Under the pieces are notes generated by a model that was not told the origin of the DNA, did not search any database, and worked only from the letters and a program-made list of their open reading frames with translations. A stretch of 64,000 nucleotides of DNA, from contig CM106585.1 in NCBI GenBank assembly GCA_048013815.1, positions 20,770,001 through 20,834,000 on the forward strand, in the 5' to 3' direction. Both the position numbers and the translations under genes were made by a program. This DNA is from Setoptus koraiensis. Its lineage: Eukaryota > Animalia > Arthropoda. Positions 28,601-41,155 of this stretch are shown here, one piece after another; position 1 is the stretch's first letter; each line of letters opens with the position of its first letter.

Positions 28601-31600
28601 TTGCGGAAGAATGTTTATGTCATCTTTCACTTACGCCTGCTGTAATGAGTTCTCGTCAACGACGTACAGGTAATTAATTAATAGCGAGCCGCCAGCGACT
28701 CGCTTGGTTGACTCTCGAGCTAACCGAATGCCGACTTGGTACCCTGGATTAACCTGGTGCTTGCATAATTTGTTTGAGGCTGTCATTGTTTACAGTGGAG
28801 CCTGATAAATAGTCTGAGTCGCCCTCTTACAAGGGACGTGGCATCAAAAATAATTGAAATAATTTACATGAGTGGTCAGGCAAAAATTATAGCTGATACC
28901 AGTGTGTCTGTTGTTGAGAGTTGTTCCTTTCTGTCCCTTGCGCAGTCCGTCCATTTTATCATAAGCAGCATTTAGAATCCCAGGAGTGAATTCAAGAGCG
29001 CAACCATTGCGTAATAACATGTCAACAGCACGTGCCCTAATCAACTCTGGTTGTGATAAGGAGAGCATGATGGTCATGACGACGATGACGATTATGGTAT
29101 GTTAAGTGGAGATGAGATGGTCAGTGGGTCGGAAATACAGTCTGACAGCTTTGACTGGCTGGTCAAGACTTCTATTCTATGTAACTAACAAAATAAGTGA
29201 ACGGATAATTTGATCCAAGTCAGACAGTTTTGGTGACAAGTTTTGGTTGCCAGCATGGTGCATTGCATGCTGTGTGCCATAGCATTATGTCATACTTACA
29301 ACAATAGCTTTAATCTGGGCAAAATTACATAAGCGCATTACATATGTGTGCTCCACTTGTCTGTCTAAAATCACTTAGGTGAATAGCCGGGTGTAATTAA
29401 GCTGAAACATTTGTCAGTTAGAGAAACAGTTGCTTGTGACTTGCAACAGTCACATTAATTGTTTACAATCAGACGACAAGAATCAAGCGGCGATATTCGG
29501 TCCCAACTACTCATTCATGTGTGAATGCCAAACAACCCGCTCACTGTGTTACTCTCTAAATGGCTACGGCTCATCGATATTTGCATAATTATATTACATT
29601 ACACATTTAATATCGAAGATTCCATGCACCTGATTCACTGTGCATCACTCCAATCAGGTTGCCGCTGACAACCTGATTAGTTGACTGGTGCTACTGATTA
29701 CTGTTAAGATGTGTCTGACATTTTTGTGCTAATCCATCCGATTCGTTCGCTCCGAAGCGATCCCTTTTGGGGACACTTGCTACGCAGATTTACTTCGGCT
29801 TACGAACCACAATCACACACTTAAACAATCGACATTTATCAAGAGTGTTGTTTTGAGAATGTCAACGTTCGAACCTAAGTGAGAAAAAGTTGATGTGGAT
29901 CGCAGCATTACCTCTAATAGATACAAAGCCATTGAAAACAAGCGATGCACATCCATCATGACTGATTATACTAATGAGTAATGTTAAATATAGTCGAAGA
30001 ATCATAATTACTAACATAATAACATAACCGAATTTTTCCGCATACTTCCGTTTTGTGGCATCATTCAACTCAAACAGAGCATTCATTGGAATAAAATCAA
30101 TCTGGATGAATTAAACAGAGGAAATAGCTATATTCAATTGAGATCACACCATCAACAACAATAATAGGCCGTCGGTGTAGCCGTCGAGTGGCGTAGATGC
30201 ATTAAAAGCAATCAGATTTTTCCAACCAAAGAGTCGATAAGATTATAGAAGATAAAAAAGAGGACAAGCACGTGGTACAGGGATAGAAAACGTGAGTATT
30301 ATAGTTCTAACTGATAATAGTTATAAACTGCCGGGCCTAAACAGACGAAAGAGCAGCCACAGTATCCGTCAGTCAGCAGCTGGCGCGGGGTGTTTTGCTG
30401 ATTGGCTAGCGCCAGAATTGATGATAAATCAATTGAAACTTGTCACAATTTTACATAATTAATTGGATGCGACATTCAAATTGTGAGCAGGCGGCTAACG
30501 ATAAATCAATTTGACGATGAAATGCAGTGAATTTTGATTATAATAGAAGTCATTGTCGTTGTTGCTGGCGTTACCGTTGAAGACTCTATCATCACCTATT
30601 GCCGACCGGTCTAGTTAGTGTTAGGTTAGTTGTAAGTGACTTGATGGCAATATTGTTATCGGCTGCATGTTATATAACTATTCTAACTGTTTAGCTTTGG
30701 TGTGTCATCAGTGTCATTTAGAATCAGCTGTTGTTGTTGCTGTTATCAAGTATCAGTTAGAGTGTTGTCAGTGTCACTGCAACATGAGTCAGTATCATTG
30801 TAAGTTGACTACTAACAGTTAACAATTGATAATCATGTGACAATTTTTGACAATTGCAGCTAGCAGGCTGATTAGTCATTCTCACAATCATCCTTTGGTT
30901 GGTTGTTGAGCAAAGCAGCTTGCATTGCGTAATGCCGTTGCATGCCGATCCATTTATTTATGCATCGATGGGTAGCTGATTGATGATCATCGATGAACGG
31001 CGACATTTCATTTATTCTTTTTCTTGGTACAAACAAAATGACTGATGATTTCAGATATTTCTGCCGCTCGACTTTGTGTGTGTCTGACAATTGTTTCTAT
31101 ATTGTCCCGGTTAGTGCAATAATGACCTAATGAGAGCCCAATAGTCAGATATATGTATGATGAATATTGGCGCAAGTCAGTTAGAGATAATGATCGATGA
31201 AGCACAACGAGCCAGCTAGCCAACTGTCATTATCATTGAATAAGTCTTACATAATGATCACAGTGATGACAACAACAACAATAATAACGATAATTAATAA
31301 ACTATCATGGGGTTTTCTATTGACAGTTAATGAGCAAAGATCAAGACGAATAATCTGTCTAGTGACTATTACGCAACAATCTTATTGCCAATATATATAT
31401 ATATATATATATTGATTGTAATATATTGTAGTGTGTGCATTTTTGCATAAGCAACCGCCAGTGACAGGAACATTACATGACACTGCATTTGTCCTCTGTT
31501 GGTTTGGTCGTACGAGGCTCTAAGTACGATGGGCCCCTTCGAAGCGGCTGCAGCTATCTATGCGCTGGTCAGCTAGTTATGCGGAGGAGGCACATGAGTG

Positions 31601-34050
31601 AAAATCGCTGCACCTATTGGCGGCAAGCGGGTCTGGACAACCTTCAAGTTGGCAATGAAATCATCAGACAGGAGTAATGTTACCCTTATCTGCATCTATG
31701 CACGATATTAATTGATTGTTAATAGAGCGTGAATAAAGGAACAGCTCTAGACGATGACCGTCATGCAAGCTATCAGAGAGAGAGAGACACGCATCTAGTT
31801 ATGTAATGCAGTTAGTAATGCGAAATTATCGGTTTGTTTGCCGGTGACGGAATCACCGGCAAACACGAAACACCGGAAATGGGGCCAACTAACCCTGGTT
31901 CCTGTTTCTCGATCGATGCTTGTTTGTTTGGTTCATTACATTTGGCCCCCGTTGAGGCAAGCGCTCGGTTGTCGATTGATCGACGGCGCCTCACTCCACT
32001 GAAGCTCTCGACTTTGAATAGCAGATTAGAACAGAAATTCACTTATGATTCAACAAATAAAATGTTGGTCACAAGCGAGAGCCGAAAAAGAGTCGAAAAG
32101 CAGCGACAGCTAAAACAGCGGCCACAACATAAACTAAAACAGGATTCAGCGCGATCATTGCCACACTCGATAGGTGACGCGATCGCTCGACGATGGCGCC
32201 TCTGACTAACCGTTGCAACCGGGGATGAACGGGGATAAATAAAGTATAACGATGATGACAAACACAAGTAGTTGCGTCATGACAGGAAGCGCAACATTGT
32301 AACCGTTGGCCTGTGCGCAGTAGCCTAATCCAACAAATGTATTCATGACAGATAGCATATTAGCATATCTGTGTTGTTGCTGTTGTTGTTGTTGTTTGCG
32401 ACCAAAAAGACAAACGTTGCATAACTTGTCAATTCAGGTAGATGCAACCATAAATATGTGTGTTAGACAGCAACAATCCAATTACCTATATGAGCTGACT
32501 GGGCGGGCACGCAATTTAATGTGTAGCCGGTGCCCATGATGAGACACCCAAAATTGCGACTGTAACCTAACTAAGGCAGATGAAAAGGCACGCAATGTTA
32601 ACTGATTAGCAGTGGCAGCAATTGAATTCAGCCAGTGTCACACTGGCTAGCCAAGGGGCACAATTACCCCCAATAAAAAGACACATCTGTCTATGGGCAG
32701 TACATAGGACAGATAAGAATGACAACACAAGATACAAATTGTTTGCGCCGATACGTTTCTCATTACATCGATTCGCTGCCGATCGTGTCACTGTTGTATC
32801 TCAAATGCAAACTACACACAATCTATTCATGCGTGCCAACTGTCGACTATCAGTCAGCCAGTTACTGTCAAATGGGGCTCCCATCAAAGTGTTGGCCACC
32901 AATAAACACTCATTGCAACATATTGCACACAAAATTCGTTAGCTCCCGTGCGCCTGTTCTAACTGTCTGCTAACTGTTGTTGTTTGTCTATTCCAGCCGA
33001 AATACAATGAGCCAAAATATATCGCATAGGCAGTTACGTAACGAGAGAGATAGAGGTAATGTTTTCAACGGCCTTGTATAATGACGAGACGACGTGATAC
33101 AAAACGCACAATTCTCGTTAAGTTTTATCATGACTTTGCATTCTTGCCCAGGTAGCCAGTTTGCGCTTCATTGTGCGCTCATCGTCGCTTGTCGATTGCC
33201 GCTTGTCGATTGTCGATTGCCAAACAAAAACGGGCCCAAATGCAATTTTGTAGTAACCATTTGTGCCCAAAAGTTTTATTGTGCGGGCGTATAACAAGTG
33301 TCAATTGTAAATGTGCCAAATGCACACATATACAGTGTGTCATACAATAGTGAGTAGGCAGATATTCATTGTTAAGCAGATCAGCATCTTTACCTTTATT
33401 TGCGTTTGCTGTTGACGTTGTATAAATAATTTAAAATGACTGTCACTTGTCAGTTGTAGTTTTTGTCTAAGAAAAACTCGCTTAGCTTGTAAACGTTCCA
33501 CTGTTGTTTTTGTCACCCATAAGCAATTGATTGTCAGCGTGAGCTTATCAGATTGACACACTCTATTTGTTCTGTCGCATACAGATAAACGAGCCACTGC
33601 ATCCATTTTCATATATCACCTTGATATACTCTCACACAAGCACTACTCGTTCCAGGGCATATCAACTTGATATTATCAAGTGCTATAAACAAAACTTGGC
33701 TGCCTCACCAGCTATTATAGAACCCAATACCGAACCCAAAACTGGAAAGCCTGACAAAGAAAAGAGTAACACAGTGCACGACGATTGAGGCGAAATTCAG
33801 CCAGTTAAACATTGACATCGGACACAATATCTGGTCAATGCAGCGGAAATCTTTTTGTGTGGACTGCACAATAAGACACTGCCTCTGTAAGACTGTAAAT
33901 AAGTGCCCGAGTGCCCTCGCCACCAACATAAGTCATCCGAAGATATTTTGCTCGCCCGATATACCGATAACAATGATACGACAGGTGCAATGTGCAGCAG
34001 TCGAGCAGTACCGGCATATATCCGATTTTAGCTAAAGCGGGGAAGAAACA

Positions 34051-34177
34051 TTTTTTCCGAAAAAACAGTTTTTCCGAAAAAAAGTTTCTCCGAAAAACAG
34101 TTTTTCCGAAAAAAAGTTCCTCCGAAAAACAGTTTTTCCGAAAAAAAGTTTCTCCGAAAAACAGCTTCTCCGAAAAC
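34051..34177. repeat. 16-bp tandem array with a 32-bp alternating higher-order pattern, 8 units
   Basis: Units alternate TTTTTCCGAAAAAAAG and TTYCTCCGAAAAACAG. Confidence 0.95.
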
Positions 34178-35907
34178 TTTTTCGGGCCAACACTCATCTT
34201 ATTTGTGGTCGGACACACCGAGCCAAACTGCCATGACAGTGACGATCCAACGGACCGATGTTTGTTCCGGTGCCGGGCTAGCAGCAGCAGCGAGAAAATT
34301 GTTTTTTTTTTGTTGACATTTTGCCCACTGACACTGAGCGGAGACAGAGTGCAGAAGGAACGAGCTAGAGCACAAAGTTATTATCATGTAATATGTATAT
34401 AAGATGAGCACTAACGCGACAACAAACGACGGAATAGCAGCCTGCAACACGAAAAGGCACGAGTGGGCCCAGAGTGGGCCCCAAAAAGGCACTTCCATAC
34501 TATGGAATCCATGGCTGGCCTTGCAGTTACAGTAAAAGGCCACATGGGCCTATGAGCGGCACAATGATAACGGTTCCAGGCAACAGTAACAACATCGACA
34601 ACACGTGACACGTCGCAATGGTGCAATTGTTGTTTTGGTGGCGCATTAATTAACATATTGTGCATATTGTGGAATGAGTTCAGTGGAGTTGTGAGTGCTA
34701 CGTTGTCATTATGTAACAACACGCATAATGATAATGATGATGATGATCGTTTGATGATGACGATTGTTGTTTGATTCAAGGCACACACCACGAGCACATA
34801 TCACAGCAGCATATGACGCGTAACATATATACCGTATATTCGATACTGTTTATATCCGTGCTGACCGGTTATTAAACCGTTAGCTACTTACTGCGTCACT
34901 GTGTCAGCGGTTTATCTGCGTACGTAACTCTTGCTTGTAGCTATTTTGTTTGTTGTCATTGTTGGGCCGAGAACAAGAGAAAGAAGGAGCCGAAGAAAGG
35001 AGGAAAAGAATAAAAATAAGAAAAATAAAAATGACGTGACTAATGCGAAACAAGCTTTTAACACGTGTTTGCTTCATCGTCTCTCTCGGAGGCGCCCATA
35101 CGTGACATGAAATGTGATGATTTTGCCAGTGCTGCTGACTCGAAACGGAATATACACAAATACTGTTGTGTCCGGTTCGGTGGCTTGCCTGGTGCCGGCG
35201 CCTGGTGCTTGATGCAGCAGACCGGTGACACGGTCTTGCCAGCCGGCTCACGGTGTTCAATTGTTATTGCGTCATCGTCATTTTTAACTCATCATCGTCA
35301 TTGTGGTGCCTTCAATTTCGACAATGCGGCAAGCCATTATGATAGCGCCAAAATACCGTATAATATATTGTTATATTGGTCACTTGGCGCGTTGACTGAA
35401 ACGTCACTTGACGCGCCGATAATAAACGCGCACCGAGAATCATTATTACATTGTCATATGGCCTGTCATATTCACAGGTGAATATCTCAATAAGAATTTC
35501 TAACAGGGTTTTGCATTTCCGTTAGAAATTTTCTAGCTGAAGTTGACTTGTGTGCACTGTGTCAATGCGACTTGTCGCCACACATATTCACACGTATGTG
35601 TTCACACATGAATATGTGGTGTGAACGGCCCATCAAAAGTTGCCTGAAATGTATTTTGTTCGAGTAGACAGTAATCGGCAATAATTTTTGCTAGTTTCCT
35701 TCCTTCATGCACAATATTGCACAATATCGTATACACATATATACTGTATGTATACATATATATATATTGTACACGATGTATACGATATAACGGCATGTAA
35801 CAATGGGGATTATATTGACACGCAACAACTATTTATCGCACTACTAACTCGCACTATATATCAGACAGTTTATCAGTTTGCGCGGCCGTTTCATTCATCA
35901 GGCTCGT

Positions 35908-35979
35908 TGAGCTTGCCAGAGAAAGAGAGCTTGCCATAAAGAGCTAGCCATACAGAGCTTGCCAGAGCGGGCTTGCCAG
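35908..35979. repeat. Degenerate tandem repeat with core GAGCTTGCCA, about 5 copies
   Basis: gagcttgcca / gagcttgcca / gagctagcca / gagcttgcca / gggcttgcca, with short variable spacers. Confidence 0.7.
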
Positions 35980-37926
35980 GAGAGATAAACAGTGCGGGCT
36001 GCCAGCTGTTCACCTGACTGGCAGCGTAACCTTGGATGTGTTGCGGGGGTGAAAGTGAAGTTGCCAAGTTGGCAACTCTTCTTCTTCTTCTTCTCTCTGA
36101 ATCCTCTCTGTATCCTCTCTGTGTGTCCTCTCCTGTGCGCCAACAAAAGTTGCACGGGATGCTTCGGTGCTTCCGCATCATCGGGCACCGTTGACAATGA
36201 CGTAACAACGGTGCTACGGTAGCGCACCGTGCCCAACTGATGCAATGTCGACCCGTTGGACAGTGTGTGTGTGCGCCAACGCTGATACGCCGGAGCTGAG
36301 CCCATAAGAGCGGCTCGTGTCATCAAGCGTAACTCACTTGCGCCGTCAAGTGTCTCCAGTAACCAATGTCGAGTGGGCGCTGACCACTGGTCGTGGCCTC
36401 TAATCGGCTTAATCGGCGCCGATGGATGCAGATATATATATATATATATTGTGTTGTCAAGCAAAACACTAGCAACGACAGTTTGGTTGTTGAACGACGA
36501 CAACAAGCGCTGTTGAGCAGCGACATCAACCGTCTAGCCAGCGAGCCAAGCGGATGTCGTGCCACAACACTGCCATCCACAGCATGATGACTATCATGAC
36601 GTGGACATTATCATGCCATGGTCAGGCTCATAGCATCACACGCTCGTGTTGCGCAACGCCGGCCATTATTATCTAAATGGTTTTGGCCGAGGCCCGCTTG
36701 CCAGTTTTTGTGTGCAAGTTAGCCAACTGGCATGCACACACAAAAACTGGCACACACAAAAAGGGGCGCCCACAAACAAAACGCCTCGCGCTACCATCTA
36801 AATTCAGTCGGACGCCTCAAGAATTTTTTGCATAAAATACGAAATTAACAACAAGCGAACAGCGACCATTTTAGCGGCGCGACGCCTTCCGACACGCCGC
36901 ACATTCACATATATGCGCACGTTATGCGAACGTGCATATGAACGTGACGCAAATACTCAAAACATTTTCGCTCGCTTATTTCCTTCATCAGGTTGACCTC
37001 CACTTCCTGTTGGCAGGATATGTGCAGGCAGTGCCGTGAACATTTTGGGCGCCCCCAAATGGCGTAACTGTGGGCCGCGCACGGTAGCCGGCCGGCCGGC
37101 CGGCCTGCCGTGCAAAGCCAACTCTGGGCCCACGTCGAGAGCCGCGTCGGCCCACAGCGAGCCGTGTGGGCCCAAAGTGGGCGAGTGTGAATTTAAATTT
37201 ATTACTTTATTCGCGTCATCATTATTATTTAGTTGTTTGCCTGACTGTGCGTGTAGGGGGCCGAGCGAATTGAGCACTGTCCACAGGAAGTGCTCGCCGC
37301 TTGGGCCAATTTGACCAGTTGAGTTGACTGGCCTGCATTCATTGAGTCTCTCGATTGTCGCCCCCCCCCTTTTATTTGATTTTTGGACTTAATAGGGCGC
37401 GCATAGGGCTACCAGTTTTGGCCTAGTTTGAAGTTCAAGCTTCACTGGAGTGCGCCAACTAGGCATTAACCGGGGCCAACAGTGATGCTTGCGATTATAC
37501 GCTGCTTCCATTATTTGCATATCGACCATTTGACCTGGTCAGCGCACTGGGGCCCCTTAACACTGGGGCCCCTTAACACTGAGGCCGCTCAACTGTGGGC
37601 CGCTCAACTCACTGGGCCAACAAACGGCAACAACTTAACAGTGGAGGCGCGATTGGGTAGTTAAGTGTTGCATAATTTATTGAATTGTTAACGGATTGAA
37701 ATTTAGCAAGATTTTAACACTTGCCATTTTAACTGCTGATGTTTATCGGCGTCAGCGGCAACGCTCAGTAGGTGCACTCGGTTCGTTTGGAGCAGCCATG
37801 TCACATGGTGCTGCCAGTTGGTTAGTTGCAATGAATCTCAACCGCTGGCCAACAACAACACAGAGGATAAATAGGCAGGATAAACACGCATAAATAGCCA
37901 GTCGGCTTGGCCGGACTGTTTTTGCG

Positions 37927-37970
37927 CTGTTTGGGCACTGTTTGGGCACCGTTTCGGCACCGTTTCGGCC
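37927..37970. repeat. 11-bp tandem repeat (CYGTTTSGGCA) x4
   Basis: ctgtttgggca x2, ccgtttcggca, ccgtttcggcc. Confidence 0.85.
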
Positions 37971-39204
37971 CCGATGACCGGGGCCCAGACCGTGCAGCTA
38001 GTATGTAGATCAGATGTGACTTGATGAATAAACAACAACAACGGCAACGTGTTTGCGTTGAGTTATTTCGCCTCGTGATGGTTATTTTATGTAGATGCGC
38101 CCACTTTGCTTTGTGGGGCCCGTTGGCCCCCGTTCATGCCCCCGTTATGTGCCGTGTTTGAGTCGGTCGGACGCCACTGAGCTGCACTGCTGCAAAATCA
38201 CAGCAGCTCGGCACAACGTTGTGACGTGCGCAACAACGCCAAGCAATTTATACAGTCAATGGTTTGTGTTTGCAAACGATTGAGCAAATGATTCGGACGA
38301 CCAGATAGCCGATATGTGTATACGTTGATATACTATGTTGATCGGATATTTGCAATACAACAATAGACTCCATTGAATAGAGAGACAAACTCGCGGTAAG
38401 CTCTCTCTCGCGGCTCCACTGGCAAGTTGGCATTTTGTGCACCACAAGTCGCACCCAACAGTGGTTGGCCATGGACAGTGTAGTTGCGCAATACGTTGCG
38501 TAATGCGCAATGCTGGGCATATATCGGTTAGATGTTATTACATAACATTGGTCAGTGGGCTTGAGCCAATTATAGTTGTTAGTTGATTGTTGTGTTGTGT
38601 TGGCCGCCGACACTTACACTTGTGTAGTTGCGCAAGATGCCGCTAGAGTGGAGTGCATAGGCCAACAATATATAATATTATTATTATATATTGTTTTAGC
38701 TAGCTGGTTTAGTGGTGTGCCGCCAGTCGGAAATGTTGCGTAACGCACGCGTCGGCTGTAACGATTGATGAAAACAATCACAAATGAGAGAGAGAGATAA
38801 GACAGTTACAACAATCAAACAGCAGCAGCAACAACAACAACAGCAACTTCAATCATTCTTGCATCATTCAAACGGCCAACAACCATCGACATGCTGGTAA
38901 TAGAGTATGCAAACAACTGACACACTAACTAATAATAGAGAGGCCAGGCCAAATCACTAAATCGCGCCTAAATAACGGACTTTCGACGCCGGCCGCCGTT
39001 ACGCTTAGTAAACTGGCGGCAAATCACGGCAATCCGCTCGATATATATGCACGCGCTGATCATTATCGTGGCCACTGTTGGTTATTTTTATTTTTATCTT
39101 TGTCTCGCTAATACACATATGCCTCCATATGTGTCCGCCAAGCGATGTGGTGTTGCACAACGGTCAACGGATCTACCCAATTGTAACTATCTTTTGGCTG
39201 CTTG

Positions 39205-39208
<4 letters not shown>

Positions 39209-39268
<60 letters not shown>
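39209..39268. repeat. (GT)30 microsatellite
   Basis: Uninterrupted GT run. Confidence 0.98.
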
Positions 39269-39270
<2 letters not shown>

Positions 39271-41035
39271 CCACACAAAACAAATTGTACGGATATTCAC
39301 ATGATGATGCGCGACAACAGCAACAACATTCGGTTGGTTACGCAATGTTGTTGCTGGAGCCAACGGCCGGCTTGTTAACCAGATGTTATTGAGGGGCCCC
39401 AATGCAAATCGTCGTGTGTTGTTGCCACTGTTGTTGATGCTTTTTTCTCGTGCGTTTCCCGCCACAAACCCATCAACTAATCAACAGCAACCGCTGTGCT
39501 GCGCATCGGCCATAAAACTCTCAGCTTGTCGCTAGGTACCTAGCGACCATCATTCAACCAGCGCTGGCCTGGCCACCATCAGACAAATTAAAAATATTGA
39601 TGGTCAACCGGCCCCTTCGATGCCCGATTTTGTGTCGCGGCCGCACTGCACACAACACAACATGTGACCCATTGTTTCAGGCCAGTTGTGGCCCGATTTT
39701 CAGGAGGGCCCCCGTTTCAGGCAGCCCAGTTTGTTTGCGTCCACAAGCTTGAAAAAACTTGACAACCTAAAGCTCGCCTGTCAGCTGATGATCTGTGCTT
39801 ATGGCACGCGCGTTACGTCACAAAAACTCACAACTTATATTATTACACGACGCCCGGTATATAGCGGACAGTTGCGTAATGTATCTTTTGCATGCTGGCT
39901 TTTGGCGCAAATTGGCCTCACCAAGCCAGCAATTGTGTGTGCCGTGCAGTTGTTTAGGCCTCAGTGGTTGGCTCACAACGAGTCAGGCCGTCATGTGTCA
40001 TTCACCTGGCAGCGCAAAGGCGCACTTGATAAATGTCCAGGTATATGTTGCTTGATTGAGCATAGTGCTCACTATAGCTACACGTGTAACACCTGAGCAC
40101 GTGCAGGTGTCGCTAGCGGCGCCAGAATTTGAGCAAATATTTGCTTGCCACAAGTGCCAACAGCGTGGCGCACCGTTACTCGACACCCGCCGCCCACTAC
40201 AGGCCAACTGTCAACGGGGCCCACTTGTGCACTGCAAACACAGTTGGTTTGCGTCATCGCCGCCAAGATTGCCATAGGTCAATCGTCATGATATATATAT
40301 ATAAAGCGCCGTCTCTCTCTCTCTCTTATAGCAAGGAGGCGACGACTCGACACGACACGACACGACTCGACACGATGAGCGATACCCAAACGCAATCGCC
40401 GAGCCTACCTAAAAAACAAACTCCAATGAATCACCACTTAAACTAGCGACACTTGTCGGCCGCAGCAAACCGGAAGTGCGCCATAGTGCCCGCTGGGGTG
40501 CAGCAGACGCCACGCGCTAGCTTGATGCCAGTGGCGTCAAGACGCGTGAATTCTATTTGTCGACAATGCCGGCCGCACGCGCACAAAAACGCTGACAAGC
40601 TGATGACGGTGACTGTCATTATTGGCTGACATATGATATTTTCTGGCACGTTGTCAACAAAACAATGAAACAACGGTGTTGTATGGTGACATTTTGACAC
40701 ACTTTTGTCCTTGGCTGTGCAATATGGCCGCGCTGTTCCGTCTCCCGTATTGAACAACAATAGTCGCAGTCCGAGACCAAGCATCGGCAAACAAACACTT
40801 CGTGTCTTTTGTCATGTTTGTCCGCTGTATTTGCCTGGTGAGCCCATTCAATCGGCGCACAACCTGCCACCCGCCGTCCGAACAAAGTCAGACCTTGAGG
40901 CCACTTTTTGTTCATTTCCAGCCTCACTATTTTTTATACGCCCACACCTATTGTTGATCGCTTTCGGGCGGCTGCAAGTTTTGAACTTGCTCATTCAGTT
41001 CGTCGGATACTTTCAGCGGAGCTACCTGCCGAAAG

Positions 41036-41155
41036 GAATTTCGCCCGAACAGAAATTTCGCCCGAACAGAAATTTCGCCCGAACAGAAATTTCGCTCGAC
41101 AGCGAAATTTCGCCCGACAGCGAAATTTCGGCCGACAAAGAAATTCGCTCGAAAG
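41036..41155. repeat. 17-18-bp tandem array (GAAATTTCGCCCGAACA / GAAATTTCGCCCGACAGC), about 7 units
   Basis: Units read directly. Each contains the palindromic core GAAATTTC. Confidence 0.92.

Noticed and set aside
35898-36506. 202-aa minus-strand ORF
   Set aside because: It spans a TA repeat, a purine tract and a tandem repeat; there is no domain and the start is non-ATG.
34051-41155. Tandem arrays at 34 and 41 kb considered as CRISPR-like
   Set aside because: Units are contiguous with no unique spacers, there are no cas genes, and the context is eukaryotic.
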